Of a stretch of 64,000 nucleotides of DNA, positions 18,852 through 28,289 are shown piece after piece; the first letter of the stretch is position 1; the number at the start of each line of letters is the position of its first letter. This DNA is from Bacillota bacterium (GTDB lineage: Bacteria; Bacillota; JAAYKD01), in contig OY762825.2 in NCBI GenBank assembly GCA_963666425.2, forward strand, positions 832,001-896,000. Reading direction: 5' to 3'. The position numbers and the translations under genes are program-made. The notes beneath the pieces were generated by a model. It did not search any database and was not told the DNA's origin. It worked only from the letters and a program-made list of their open reading frames with translations.

Positions 18852-20558
18852 TTGATTAAGTTGAACAGGATATTACAAAACAGTATATTCATGTTAAATT
18901 ACATAAAGAAGCACTGCAGAAAATTCATGATTATAGCTTTTTCCCTGGCACTGGTTTCAAGTATTGTTTCTATTGTATCGATCATTTTCATAAGAGTAGC
19001 ATTAAATGATGTGATTTCGAATAAATCAATGCGGACGCTAATTATTATCCTTATTGCGAATTTTTCCGTTTCACTCCTCGCGGCACACCTCACATCGGTT
19101 AGTAATAACATCGTTATTCCCATAGCAACTCAGAAATTCCAAGCCAATATGCATAGAGAATTGTATGAGAAAGCAGCAGAAATTGATTTGATTAAGTATG
19201 ATGACCCTATATTCTATAATAAATATATAATGGCACTAAATAATTCTGATTCAAGAGCGTTGTCTGTGTTAAGCACATATACCTCATTATTGACCGCTGT
19301 TATTAATAGTATAGGTATGATTGCATTTATATTATCAATTAATCAAGTTATTATCTTCCTTATTGTTGTTTTGAACGTGTTAATTTCGACGTATTGCAGT
19401 TCAATCTCATCTACTATTTCACATAAATTTAATCTATCTCTAGTTGCCATTCAAAGAAAAACTGCTTATGTGAAAAGAGTTTTTTATTTAAATAATTATG
19501 CATGCGATATACGAACTACTAAAATTACAGAGGTTCTTTTTCGCATTTTGAACGACACTATGCGGTCAACACGTGAATTGACTGAAAAATGGGGATGGAA
19601 AAACTACAGAATCACATTATTTCAACATGTGATACAAGCAATAACTACTTTACTAACAATGCTTTATCTTTCAAAATTATATATCTCTGGCTTTATGCCT
19701 GCTGGCGATTTTGCCGCCGTTTTGAGCAGTGTTAATTTACTTGTCTCTTCACTCAAGAATCTCTTTGCGTCGATTCCTCAGCTTTATGAACATAGCTTAT
19801 ATATCGAGAATTTCAAAGAGTTTTTCCTATACAAGCCCACATATGATTCGATAGAATGCAAAGAAATAGAAGCGATCAAAGTAATAAAGATTGATAACTG
19901 CTCATTTGAGTATGAAGAAGGTAAGTGTATTTTAGAGAATATAAATTTGGAAGTAAACATTAGAGAAAAATTAGGGATAATTGGTCCAAATGGAGTAGGT
20001 AAAACGACATTCATTAAGTTAATTACGGGTCTTTATAAGCCGATAAGCGGGAATATTTTTTTGAATGACATTAATTATTCAAAACTGTCTAAAAATGTTT
20101 TTCTGCAAAATTTCTCGGTGTTTTTTCAAAATTTTGAAATCTATGCTACTAGTATTGCAGAGAATGTTCTAATGAAACCCATTGAGAACTTTGAAACGGA
20201 ATCACTTCTTGTTGAAGATGCATTAAAAAATGTAGGCCTATGGGAAAAAATTAATAAATTTGAAAACGGTATTTTAACCCCCATGCTAAAAGAGTTTGAT
20301 GAAGCAGCCGGTGCTTTTTCAACAGGGGAGTATCAGAGGATTGCACTTGCTCGGATTTTTGTAAAAAAATGCGCATTCGTTATTCTAGATGAACCCTTCA
20401 GCCATATAGATAAGAATTCGGTGGAACTAATTTTGAACAACTTAATTAAGAGAAATCCGGAATGCGGTATTGTAATGGTGACTCATGACAAAGCAAACTT
20501 GATCTCATTTGATAAAGTGTACGACCTTGAAACTAAGACATTAAATTCTTTAATATAA
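18852..20558 (+). CDS. ABC exporter, fused TMD and NBD, with no C39 peptidase domain
   Basis: TM-rich N-half; Walker A GPNGVGKT; signature FSTGEYQRIALAR; Walker B VILDEP; H-loop VTHD. Confidence 0.9.
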   Translation: MIKLNRILQNSIFMLNYIKKHCRKFMIIAFSLALVSSIVSIVSIIFIRVALNDVISNKSMRTLIIILIANFSVSLLAAHLTSVSNNIVIPIATQKFQANMHRELYEKAAEIDLIKYDDPIFYNKYIMALNNSDSRALSVLSTYTSLLTAVINSIGMIAFILSINQVIIFLIVVLNVLISTYCSSISSTISHKFNLSLVAIQRKTAYVKRVFYLNNYACDIRTTKITEVLFRILNDTMRSTRELTEKWGWKNYRITLFQHVIQAITTLLTMLYLSKLYISGFMPAGDFAAVLSSVNLLVSSLKNLFASIPQLYEHSLYIENFKEFFLYKPTYDSIECKEIEAIKVIKIDNCSFEYEEGKCILENINLEVNIREKLGIIGPNGVGKTTFIKLITGLYKPISGNIFLNDINYSKLSKNVFLQNFSVFFQNFEIYATSIAENVLMKPIENFETESLLVEDALKNVGLWEKINKFENGILTPMLKEFDEAAGAFSTGEYQRIALARIFVKKCAFVILDEPFSHIDKNSVELILNNLIKRNPECGIVMVTHDKANLISFDKVYDLETKTLNSLI

Positions 20559-20772
20559 CAGGGTAATTAAGATTTCCCGTTGTACAATTACTTATTAGTG
20601 AGGAGCCTTTAGATTTTCCGGTGTAGCGCACCTATAGAATTTTTGAACCTAACTATTCCTCAATCACAACCGATGTTCATAGCTGTTCGACGACTTGCAG
20701 AGAATTTACTCTTCTAGGAAATTGTTTCTTGAAACAGTATTTTCATATAAAAAATCCAAAAGGAGGAGAAAA

Positions 20773-22068
20773 ATGAAGTTCAGTAATTATCTCACCATGT
20801 TTGAAACCTCGCAGTGCATGATTCTATATAGCACTTTAAGGAGGTGCGCAATTAAGATTTATGATATAGATATTAAAGAGGTTATTCGAAGTTTAAAAAC
20901 TGGAGAAACGATTGACGAATCTTACTTGACAAAGTATTCAGACTTCTTTGAAGATCTAAAAGAGAATAATTTCATAATGGAAGATATTTGCGACGAATCC
21001 GAACTGGTCAATTACTTATATCAAACCTCAGTATCAAAAGATGCATCATTGGAATTGATATTGATTCCTACTCGACAATGCAATTTTCGATGCCCTTATT
21101 GTTATGAAGAGCATGAAGCTAAGGTAATGAGTGAAGAAGTTTATTCTAATATATTGAGTTTCATTAAGAAGTATCTTGAATATAGATCAATAAAAAAAAT
21201 AAGGATTTCTTGGTTTGGAGGGGAGCCGCTGCTTGAACACAAAAAAATCATTGATTTTATGAAAACTTTGAAATCTTTAGTCGAGGACAATTGTTGCATT
21301 GAAGGCAGCATGACAACTAATGGCTATTTGCTCAACGAGGTTCTATTCAATGATCTTGTTTCATGTAATGTTAAAAGTTATCAAATAACGGTTGATGGTT
21401 TAAAGGAGTTCCATAATAAGACAAGATATCTATTAGGCGGACATGGGACTTGGGATAAAATCATGAAAAATCTTTTAAAAGCAAAAAAGACACCTCATGA
21501 TTTTAGAATATTGATTAGGACTAACTATACAGAGGAGTCATTATCGAAATATTTGGAATGGTTAAACATTCTAAAGGAGAGTTTTGGTGATGATAAAAGG
21601 TTTGCATTTTATTGTGAGACGGTAAAAAACCTTGGGGGAAACAACACAGAGTATGCTTATAATAATAAGAAACCTAATCCAATTGGTTATGTACTATCAG
21701 ACATGAAAAACTTAAATTTAAATTCATCGGGTTATGAATATCTGACTAACAACTTTGGTTATATTTGTTATGCTAGTCGGCAAAATTCTTTTGTAATTGA
21801 TTATGATGGAGCTCTAAAGAAATGTACAATTTTACTAGATAATGACAAAAATATTGTTGGAAATATAAGCAATCAGATGGATAATATTGATTTCAAAAAA
21901 ATGGCTTGGTGGACGAGTTATAATCATAAAGAAGCATGTCGATCGTGTTATATATATCCTATTTGTTATGGAAAGAAATGCCCGGCTTCCTATTTTTCCG
22001 AAGATTCATGTAGGTTGTTTAAAGAATATCAGCTTGGGGTCATCAGAAGTGTTGTACAAGAAATGTAA
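20773..22068 (+). CDS. Radical SAM/SPASM peptide maturase with a probable N-terminal RRE
   Basis: CNFRCPYC; WFGGEPLL; TTNGY; QITVDG; SPASM CYAS...DGALKKC...CRSCYIYPICYGKKCP...C; AGGAGG RBS before ATG 20773. Confidence 0.92.
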   Translation: MKFSNYLTMFETSQCMILYSTLRRCAIKIYDIDIKEVIRSLKTGETIDESYLTKYSDFFEDLKENNFIMEDICDESELVNYLYQTSVSKDASLELILIPTRQCNFRCPYCYEEHEAKVMSEEVYSNILSFIKKYLEYRSIKKIRISWFGGEPLLEHKKIIDFMKTLKSLVEDNCCIEGSMTTNGYLLNEVLFNDLVSCNVKSYQITVDGLKEFHNKTRYLLGGHGTWDKIMKNLLKAKKTPHDFRILIRTNYTEESLSKYLEWLNILKESFGDDKRFAFYCETVKNLGGNNTEYAYNNKKPNPIGYVLSDMKNLNLNSSGYEYLTNNFGYICYASRQNSFVIDYDGALKKCTILLDNDKNIVGNISNQMDNIDFKKMAWWTSYNHKEACRSCYIYPICYGKKCPASYFSEDSCRLFKEYQLGVIRSVVQEM

Positions 22069-22100
22069 GTGATTCTGAGGGTTTTTTGTATGACATACTG

Positions 22101-22428
22101 AGCTTCACGAGGCATACATGCAATACCTTAATTAACGAAAGGAGTTTTTTAATTTGAAATCATATGAAATAGTGAATTTGAATAAAAAATATGATATAGC
22201 TCCCCTGTTTTTAGATGTATGTTCCGATGTTTGCCCCAACATGGGGGGGTGTACCGATGTTTGTCCAGATATCGGTTGTGCAACAAACACAGGGTGTAAT
22301 GTGGATACTAGTTGCAACCCGAATGCAGGTTGCGGTGGTGGTTCTGATATGGGTTGTGGTGCTAATAAAATAGTAAGATAAACAGTCTCAAGAATATAGA
22401 TTAGTTGCATGTATGCCTCTGTGGAGTT
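22101..22428 (+). repeat. Inverted repeat pair flanking the precursor ORF
   Basis: GAGGCATACATGCAA (22109-22123) / TTGCATGTATGCCTC (22405-22419), perfect over 15 bp and extendable by 8 pairs with two G:U. Confidence 0.9.
22154..22381 (+). CDS. Cys-rich RiPP precursor peptide (75 aa, 9 Cys)
   Basis: AAAGGAG RBS and TTG start; Cys-free leader of ~20 aa; core with repeated DVC and [D/N]xxC motifs; directly downstream of the rSAM/SPASM gene. Confidence 0.8.
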   Translation: MKSYEIVNLNKKYDIAPLFLDVCSDVCPNMGGCTDVCPDIGCATNTGCNVDTSCNPNAGCGGGSDMGCGANKIVR

Positions 22429-22559
22429 AATTAATTAACGAGGGGTTAAGAGTTATCCTATTGGGAAACTCTCAAAATTCGGAGATTTATATAGACTGAA
22501 AGGTATCTGGTACAGCCCTAATGATTTGCTGAACATTATTATTAATGGGGGGTAATAGT

Positions 22560-23789
22560 ATGAAAAAAGTAATGATAGTAATCATATTAATAGTTGCGGC
22601 ACTAACATTCGATATATATAAACCGTATCTATATCAAAAGCTGAATTACAATAAACTAATAACACTTGATAAGCCATCGGCGCACTCCGATATTGATTAT
22701 CTATGGTATCATTTAGAAGATGAGTATCCATATTTAAACACTGCTTTTGAAAACAAAGGTAAAGTGGATTATCACAGTTACTTAAATGACGGAATAACAG
22801 ATGCTTCCGATTTTTCGTTCAATACATATACGCAATACTTACTTAAAATCCCTAATGATCTCAGATATAGAGGTGATTTTACTCTTGTCTTTCCAAAACT
22901 GTACTATTATTTTCATGAGAACTGGACAAGAGCAAAATACGCTTCAAAACAAATACAGAATAACTACAATGAGTTGATTAAGAATGTTTCTTGTGACACA
23001 TATAATATTTTAAAACAATCAGAGGTGAGTCAATTAGATTATGGTGTACCATCTGACAGTATGAAAAGTTTCACTACTGAGGAGATTAGTGCAGATATTG
23101 CTTACTTGAAAATTGAGAATGGATCAAGTACCCGAATAGATAAAGATCGAGAAGCGTTAACGGACTTCTTTAAGTCCATTCATGGAAAAGATTACCTGAT
23201 AATAGATCTTCCCGAATCAAACATTTATTCGTCAGAATATTTTATAGAGAATATTATTTCACCTAACCTTCCTGTCGATTACAGTTTCAGCAGCTATGCT
23301 TTATACACAGAGGATGGTTATAAAAAAAGGGAGGCTGAAGATGCATTTGTGGGTATGCAAACGGGTTCGGTCGATGAAATAGCCGAATTGACAAATCAGA
23401 TTAATGTAGATGATTTAGCGCGTCTAAAATACTATACGAAATCCAATCATTTTATAGAAGCTATAAACGATAAACCTTTGTTTAATGGAGAGATTATTCT
23501 ATTGACAGATGCCTATATTTATGGTGTAGGTGAATATCTGACAATGATCGCAGAAAAAAGTGGCTTTTCCACCTTGGTTGGTAAACCAACACATGGTAAA
23601 GGTGTTATTGGTGATATGGATATCAGTGTACTTTCTCTTCCGAAAAGCGGTATAGTTTTTACTTATCAATTAAAATACGACTTATGGGAAGATGGATCAA
23701 CTTTAGTAACCCCCATTTCACCGGATTTTCTTGCATTGGATCAAGAATCACCACTTGAAGCAAGTATGAGATATATAAAAGAGAAGTAG
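22560..23789 (+). CDS. Membrane-anchored S41 (tail-specific) peptidase-like protein with a degenerate active site
   Basis: N-terminal TM; IAYLKI, LIIDL, F.GEIILLTD, TLVGKPTHG motifs, but YGVGE where xSAxE is expected. Confidence 0.7.
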   Translation: MKKVMIVIILIVAALTFDIYKPYLYQKLNYNKLITLDKPSAHSDIDYLWYHLEDEYPYLNTAFENKGKVDYHSYLNDGITDASDFSFNTYTQYLLKIPNDLRYRGDFTLVFPKLYYYFHENWTRAKYASKQIQNNYNELIKNVSCDTYNILKQSEVSQLDYGVPSDSMKSFTTEEISADIAYLKIENGSSTRIDKDREALTDFFKSIHGKDYLIIDLPESNIYSSEYFIENIISPNLPVDYSFSSYALYTEDGYKKREAEDAFVGMQTGSVDEIAELTNQINVDDLARLKYYTKSNHFIEAINDKPLFNGEIILLTDAYIYGVGEYLTMIAEKSGFSTLVGKPTHGKGVIGDMDISVLSLPKSGIVFTYQLKYDLWEDGSTLVTPISPDFLALDQESPLEASMRYIKEK

Positions 23790-23815
23790 ACGTTTACAGT
23801 TAATCTGAATCCATT

Positions 23816-24262
23816 TTGCAAAGAATGTTAGCAACATTCGCCAAAGGCGTATCAAAATTTGTTCCTATACTTGGCGGAGTTATCTCTGGCGGTCTCACGC
23901 TGGCAATGTTTAAGATGATGGCACACATGCTCAAGAAGCATCTCTCAACAATGGCTCATATGTCGCCGGAAGAGTTTGCCGAGTACGAAGCCGCTATTGT
24001 CTTTGATGCGAAAGACTCAGACACAGATGGCGAGATTGTTGAAGTAGTGATTGATGAGGTTGCGACAAACTATTGGGTTTGTACTTGTGGTGCGGAGAAC
24101 AAAGGTAAATTCTGCCCTGAGTGTGGCAAAGCAAAGCCCATCGGGATACCGCAATACAAATGTAACAAGTACGATAGGGAACCGGATGATAAGACTCACC
24201 CACCAAAGTTCTGTCCAGAATGTGGCGACCCATTTGATGACGGCGATATAGTATTGGTATAA
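23816..24262 (+). pseudogene. 5'-truncated gene fragment ending in double zinc-ribbon motifs
   Basis: No RBS; WVCTCGAENKGKFCPECG and PPKFCPECGDPFDD; one CxxC decayed (CNKY). Confidence 0.55.
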
Positions 24263-24553
24263 CATAATTAGCAAACATTATAAGCAAACCGGTAGCTCTC
24301 CAATTACTATTAGTTGCCCACTATGTTTATAAACCATAACGAACGTAATACAAACATTCTGAAATAAAAACTCCTCTTCACAAGAAGGGAAATCAGTGAT
24401 GATGAGCTTTTATTTCCAAGCCTTATACCTGTATAACTGTGTCATTCTTAAAGGTGAACCATACATTATCTTTGACTGTTCGTATTTTTGTGTAAAATAT
24501 AAATAGTAATCAAAACAAGAGCAAAGTTTTTTAAATATAGAGGAGCCAGAATT

Positions 24554-25285
24554 TTGAACAATCTTTTTTCACATAGTGCCATAAAAGCTGAGGGCAAAGA
24601 ACACTTGAAGCAACATTTCTCATCGGCAGTTCTGTTTCTATTACTGACCTTAACGGTATCGCTTGTAGCCAGTCGAGTTTTGGGTGTCTTGTTTTCCACC
24701 AGAGGACCGGCTATTGATTGGCAGTCGATGACAACACATCAAATCGTAATCAAAACTAGAGAGCTGATATTCACCACTCATAATTTGCTTCGTATGTTGG
24801 TAGAAAACCTGGTTACAGCGGCAGTAGCGTTAGCTAAGGTCTGCTTTTACCTCAATGTTGCTCGGTCAACGGACAAAATCACCCTTATTAATCCCTTAAT
24901 TTACGGGTTCAAACACTCGTTCAAAGCCTATCTTCTTGATTTTTTAATGGGTATTGTTGTCGGTATTGGCGTTGTCTTGTTGATTATTCCCGGCATTATT
25001 TGGGGAATTCAATACATGTTTGCTTTTCTTGTATTGGCAGATCATCCGGAATATTCGGTCATGCAAGCCTTTCAGCGCAGTGCTGAACTAACCAAGGGTA
25101 AAAAAATGCATCTTTTTAAGTTCATTCTGAGCTTTTTCCCGTGGTTACTATTAGTTGCCGTTACTTTCGGGTTGGCCATTCTTTATGTAGGACCATACTA
25201 TAGCACTTCCGTAGCAGTATATTATAATCGATTAGTCTATGACGCGGAGGGTGTCTTGCCCGAACCCCCTGGTGAAATTCTTTAA
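24554..25285 (+). CDS. DUF975-like integral membrane protein
   Basis: LLIIPGIIW...Y.FAFLVLADHPE...AFQRSAELTKGKKMHLF...PYY; AGAGGAG RBS. Confidence 0.8.
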   Translation: MNNLFSHSAIKAEGKEHLKQHFSSAVLFLLLTLTVSLVASRVLGVLFSTRGPAIDWQSMTTHQIVIKTRELIFTTHNLLRMLVENLVTAAVALAKVCFYLNVARSTDKITLINPLIYGFKHSFKAYLLDFLMGIVVGIGVVLLIIPGIIWGIQYMFAFLVLADHPEYSVMQAFQRSAELTKGKKMHLFKFILSFFPWLLLVAVTFGLAILYVGPYYSTSVAVYYNRLVYDAEGVLPEPPGEIL

Positions 25286-25298
25286 CAGAATAATAAAA

Positions 25299-25972
25299 AG
25301 ACTAACTATTAAAAGTCAATCCCCAAAATGGAAAAAAACTGTGGATAGGCCGCCGCCCTATGACAAGCAGCAGCCAAATGCTGCGGAAAGATCAGCGAGG
25401 GCGACGGAGGCAATAAATTACCAGACCCAGCCCCCTTGAGCTTTCCAGCCTAGCATTTGGCTGCTTCTGCTTGTCAAGGGTTCGCTGCGCCGGCTGAGGT
25501 GTACAAGTTGTCGGCGAAGGCTCAAAAGGCAATTATGCCGCTCTTCGGTAACCTTCACCGGATTTCTGCATTGCGTAGATTAAGCGTACCAATTTCTTGG
25601 CTGCATGAGAAATAGCGACATTGTAGTGCTTCCCTTCGGCTCGTTTCTTTGCCAGATATGCGGCGAAGATTGGATCCCAGATACAGACATACTTTGCGGC
25701 ATTAAACAGAGCAAAACGGAGATATCGGGAACCGCGTTTCTCCATATGCGAATGGCTGTTATCCATCTTGCCGGATTGGTATGTGGATGGAGACAGGCCT
25801 GCAAATGCAAGAATCTTGTCCGGAGAATCGAACTTGGCAAAGTCTCCAATCTCGGCAAGAATCATTGCTCCCATACGAGTACCCATGCCTGGAATGGTAG
25901 TAATTGGAGAATGGAGTGCCTGCATAAGCTCGTCAATCTGAGCTTCAATCTCGTCAATTTCAGAGTCCAGTT
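25299..25972 (-). mobile_element. IS110-family remnant: C-terminal transposase half and non-coding right end
   Basis: TIPGMG...ILAEIGD...F....I.AFAGL.PS.YQSG......KRGSRYLR..LF; RuvC-like N-half missing; outward-facing TTGACT near the terminus. Confidence 0.85.
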
Positions 25973-26049
25973 TGTTTAATGTAAACTAAAAATACCGGAA
26001 AAAATCATCAGGAAGTCCGTTAATTATCATCAAGAATTCCCAGGAAAAA

Positions 26050-26390
26050 TCATGACGAAAAGATGGTTTCCATAAAGATTTGGGATACCAACATTTTTTG
26101 GTTTCCGCCGTAGCAGTATTCCACAACAGGATAAGAGCCGTTCGGGTCAAAATTCGCTGGAAATACTAACATTCCACAAATATCGGTGGTTTTGTCTGAA
26201 CCTTTGACACAAAAAGGAGTGGATGAATATAACCAGCCGCCTTCAAGTGCTCAACATCGGCCTTTACAATGATGCGAATTGCAGTTCTGTCTATTGCATA
26301 AAGCGTGACGATGGGCTCTTGTTTATAGGAAATTAATAAATCTAAACAATATTCGCCATTCTCTGCGAAATAGGTTTCATGATCTCCGGT
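26050..26390 (-). pseudogene. Internal fragment of an S9 (DPP-IV-like) peptidase
   Basis: Manual translation with a frameshift: ...KADVEHLKAAGYIHP / PFCVKGSDKTTDICGMLVFPANFDPNGSYPVVEYCYGGNQ. Confidence 0.65.
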
Positions 26391-26561
26391 TTTATCGCCC
26401 TTGAAGAGTTATATCAACACTTTATTTTCATACTATTATTTTGACTAAAAAGTTTTGAAGATGCTGTCAAACGCTTCTCAACTCTTCTCACCATAAAAGC
26501 TACGCAAATATTCCGCAACTTTTGTACTCCTACGACAAAATTTGTTTTTATAACTTAGATA

Positions 26562-27521
26562 TTAGTGCACCTTTACTAGCCCGAACCGCTGCTCAATTCC
26601 GTCAAGAATTACAATATAGTCATCAAAGAATGGGGCATTCCCCATGAGCCCATCAACTCCCCAACCATTAAAGTAATCAGGCCTTTCTTCGACATAATAC
26701 ACCATCGGCTTTCCCAGTTCAATGCCAGAAACGATGGTCTCTTCTTGAGTTGGTGCACCAATCAATGTAATGTTGTTACCCCAAGCGGTAGCCTCTATAC
26801 AAGTATTATCTGTTTCATTTCCCGCTCTCCCCGTGATTTGCTGCCATATATCCAAATTAACATTTAGCGGAAAGAGGCTAGAACCCGTGTCATAAGCCAT
26901 TTTCAGAGGAGTCTCACCTACCATAGTATTTACAACGAAAAGATGCCGAACCATTTCTGATTTGCTGAAAGTTACTTTCTCCACTATTTCAGCAGGTAAT
27001 TGAGAGGCGGAATTAGCAATCGCTAATCTGTTGTTTGGGAAATCCAATACTAAGATTTTATCCTTAAAAAAATCCATGCCTAAGCAACCAATAAGAACAT
27101 CCTCATCCTCGGCCGTCACAGTTTGCCCGTAATTTTTCATTGTGGCAAAGATTGCATTCTTAGTATCATAACCCGCAATATTACCGTTAAAACTTACGAC
27201 ATCATAGGTATCATTTTTTACAATCGTTTTGACCGCGATTCCAAGGCTGACGATTGTAGTTTCATAAAACACCGACTGAGCACCTGTGTCAAGTTGCAAC
27301 CAAAATTTTTGATCTGATTTTTCTAATTGAATAGGTACGAAGATTACGGTCTTTTCATAATAGGTTTCTCCTAATATACTATTTCTCCATTTAAATGGCT
27401 GCCAAGAGAAATCCTTTATCTCGATTTCATTCCAATTGGTTGGTGGAACAGATTTTTCGGAACAACCTACCAACAACAGGCTCAAGCAAATAACGAACAA
27501 GTATGTAAATAATTTCTTCAT
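26562..27521 (-). CDS. Lipoprotein with tandem retropepsin-like aspartyl protease domains
   Basis: Lipobox LLVGC; two DTG motifs (LQLDTGA, MAYDTGSS), each followed by a G.LG/GLMG motif. Confidence 0.75.
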   Translation of the reverse strand: MKKLFTYLFVICLSLLLVGCSEKSVPPTNWNEIEIKDFSWQPFKWRNSILGETYYEKTVIFVPIQLEKSDQKFWLQLDTGAQSVFYETTIVSLGIAVKTIVKNDTYDVVSFNGNIAGYDTKNAIFATMKNYGQTVTAEDEDVLIGCLGMDFFKDKILVLDFPNNRLAIANSASQLPAEIVEKVTFSKSEMVRHLFVVNTMVGETPLKMAYDTGSSLFPLNVNLDIWQQITGRAGNETDNTCIEATAWGNNITLIGAPTQEETIVSGIELGKPMVYYVEERPDYFNGWGVDGLMGNAPFFDDYIVILDGIEQRFGLVKVH

Positions 27522-27689
27522 ACTAACCCCCTATGATTCTTTAGAAATTACGATTCTATTGTTAAGTAAAACTGGTTCAAAACGTTCACTGATTAAGAAA
27601 ATCCGACTTTTAAATCAATAATAAAAAATTACTTCCCTGCGATGTATAATTCATTTAATAGTCATTCGCTATTAATCGTTTAAATTCCT

Positions 27690-28028
27690 ATTGTTTTCCC
27701 TCCTTGAAATAATATCGCATTAATAATTCTCTGTGCTGTAAGCCATTGCTGAATGGACCTATCTAATTCAGTTTCACCGGCTTCGGTAATGTGGTAATAT
27801 TTTCGCCTGCCTCCCTGGGATTCTTCCCCCCCAATAACTTTTAATTAGATTGTCTTTCTCAAGTCGTTTTAGGCTCGTATAAAGCGATGGTTCATTTTCC
27901 TTATCGCCTTTTTGCGATATTGATTTGATTATTTCGTAGCCGTAGTTATCACCGTCACGCAAAACCGTCAATATGATTGTATCTATATGGCCTCGGATTA
28001 AGTCGCTGCTAATACTGTCAATGGGCAT
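27690..28028 (-). pseudogene. Second, damaged padR copy
   Basis: Near-identical to 2812-3154 but with a 9-bp deletion (EYELKEP to ENEP) and one extra base in the C-run (C6 to C7 at ~27826-27832). Confidence 0.9.
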
Positions 28029-28289
28029 TACAATCACTCCTCCTTCCAACTGTATTGTATAACATATTACTATGTGTGTCAATGTAATATTGCAAAAATA
28101 GGAGCTGTAGCAAAAACAGAAAATTGCTACAGCTCCACCAGGGTGCGCGTATTCGACCAGCATTCCTACAAAAAATCCAGTACAATCAATGGTTCGAGTC
28201 TGTCGGGTCCAAATAAATGTGAAAATTCCCCGGTGAATACCAGAGAAACATACAGCGTTTATGCCACGAAGGTTGTTTCTGTTGAGGGA

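Noticed and set aside
22132-22410. 92-aa minus-strand ORF over the precursor
   Set aside because: Shadow frame; the + strand ORF has the RBS, operon orientation and Cys pattern
27826-27832. C7 tract as a phase-variation switch for padR
   Set aside because: The tract is short, and the same copy has a 9-bp deletion and lacks partner genes; decay is simpler
28191-28212. GGTTCGAGTCTGTCGGGTCCA as an att copy of the tRNA 3' end
   Set aside because: Only loosely similar to tRNA-Leu, in the opposite orientation, with no cloverleaf
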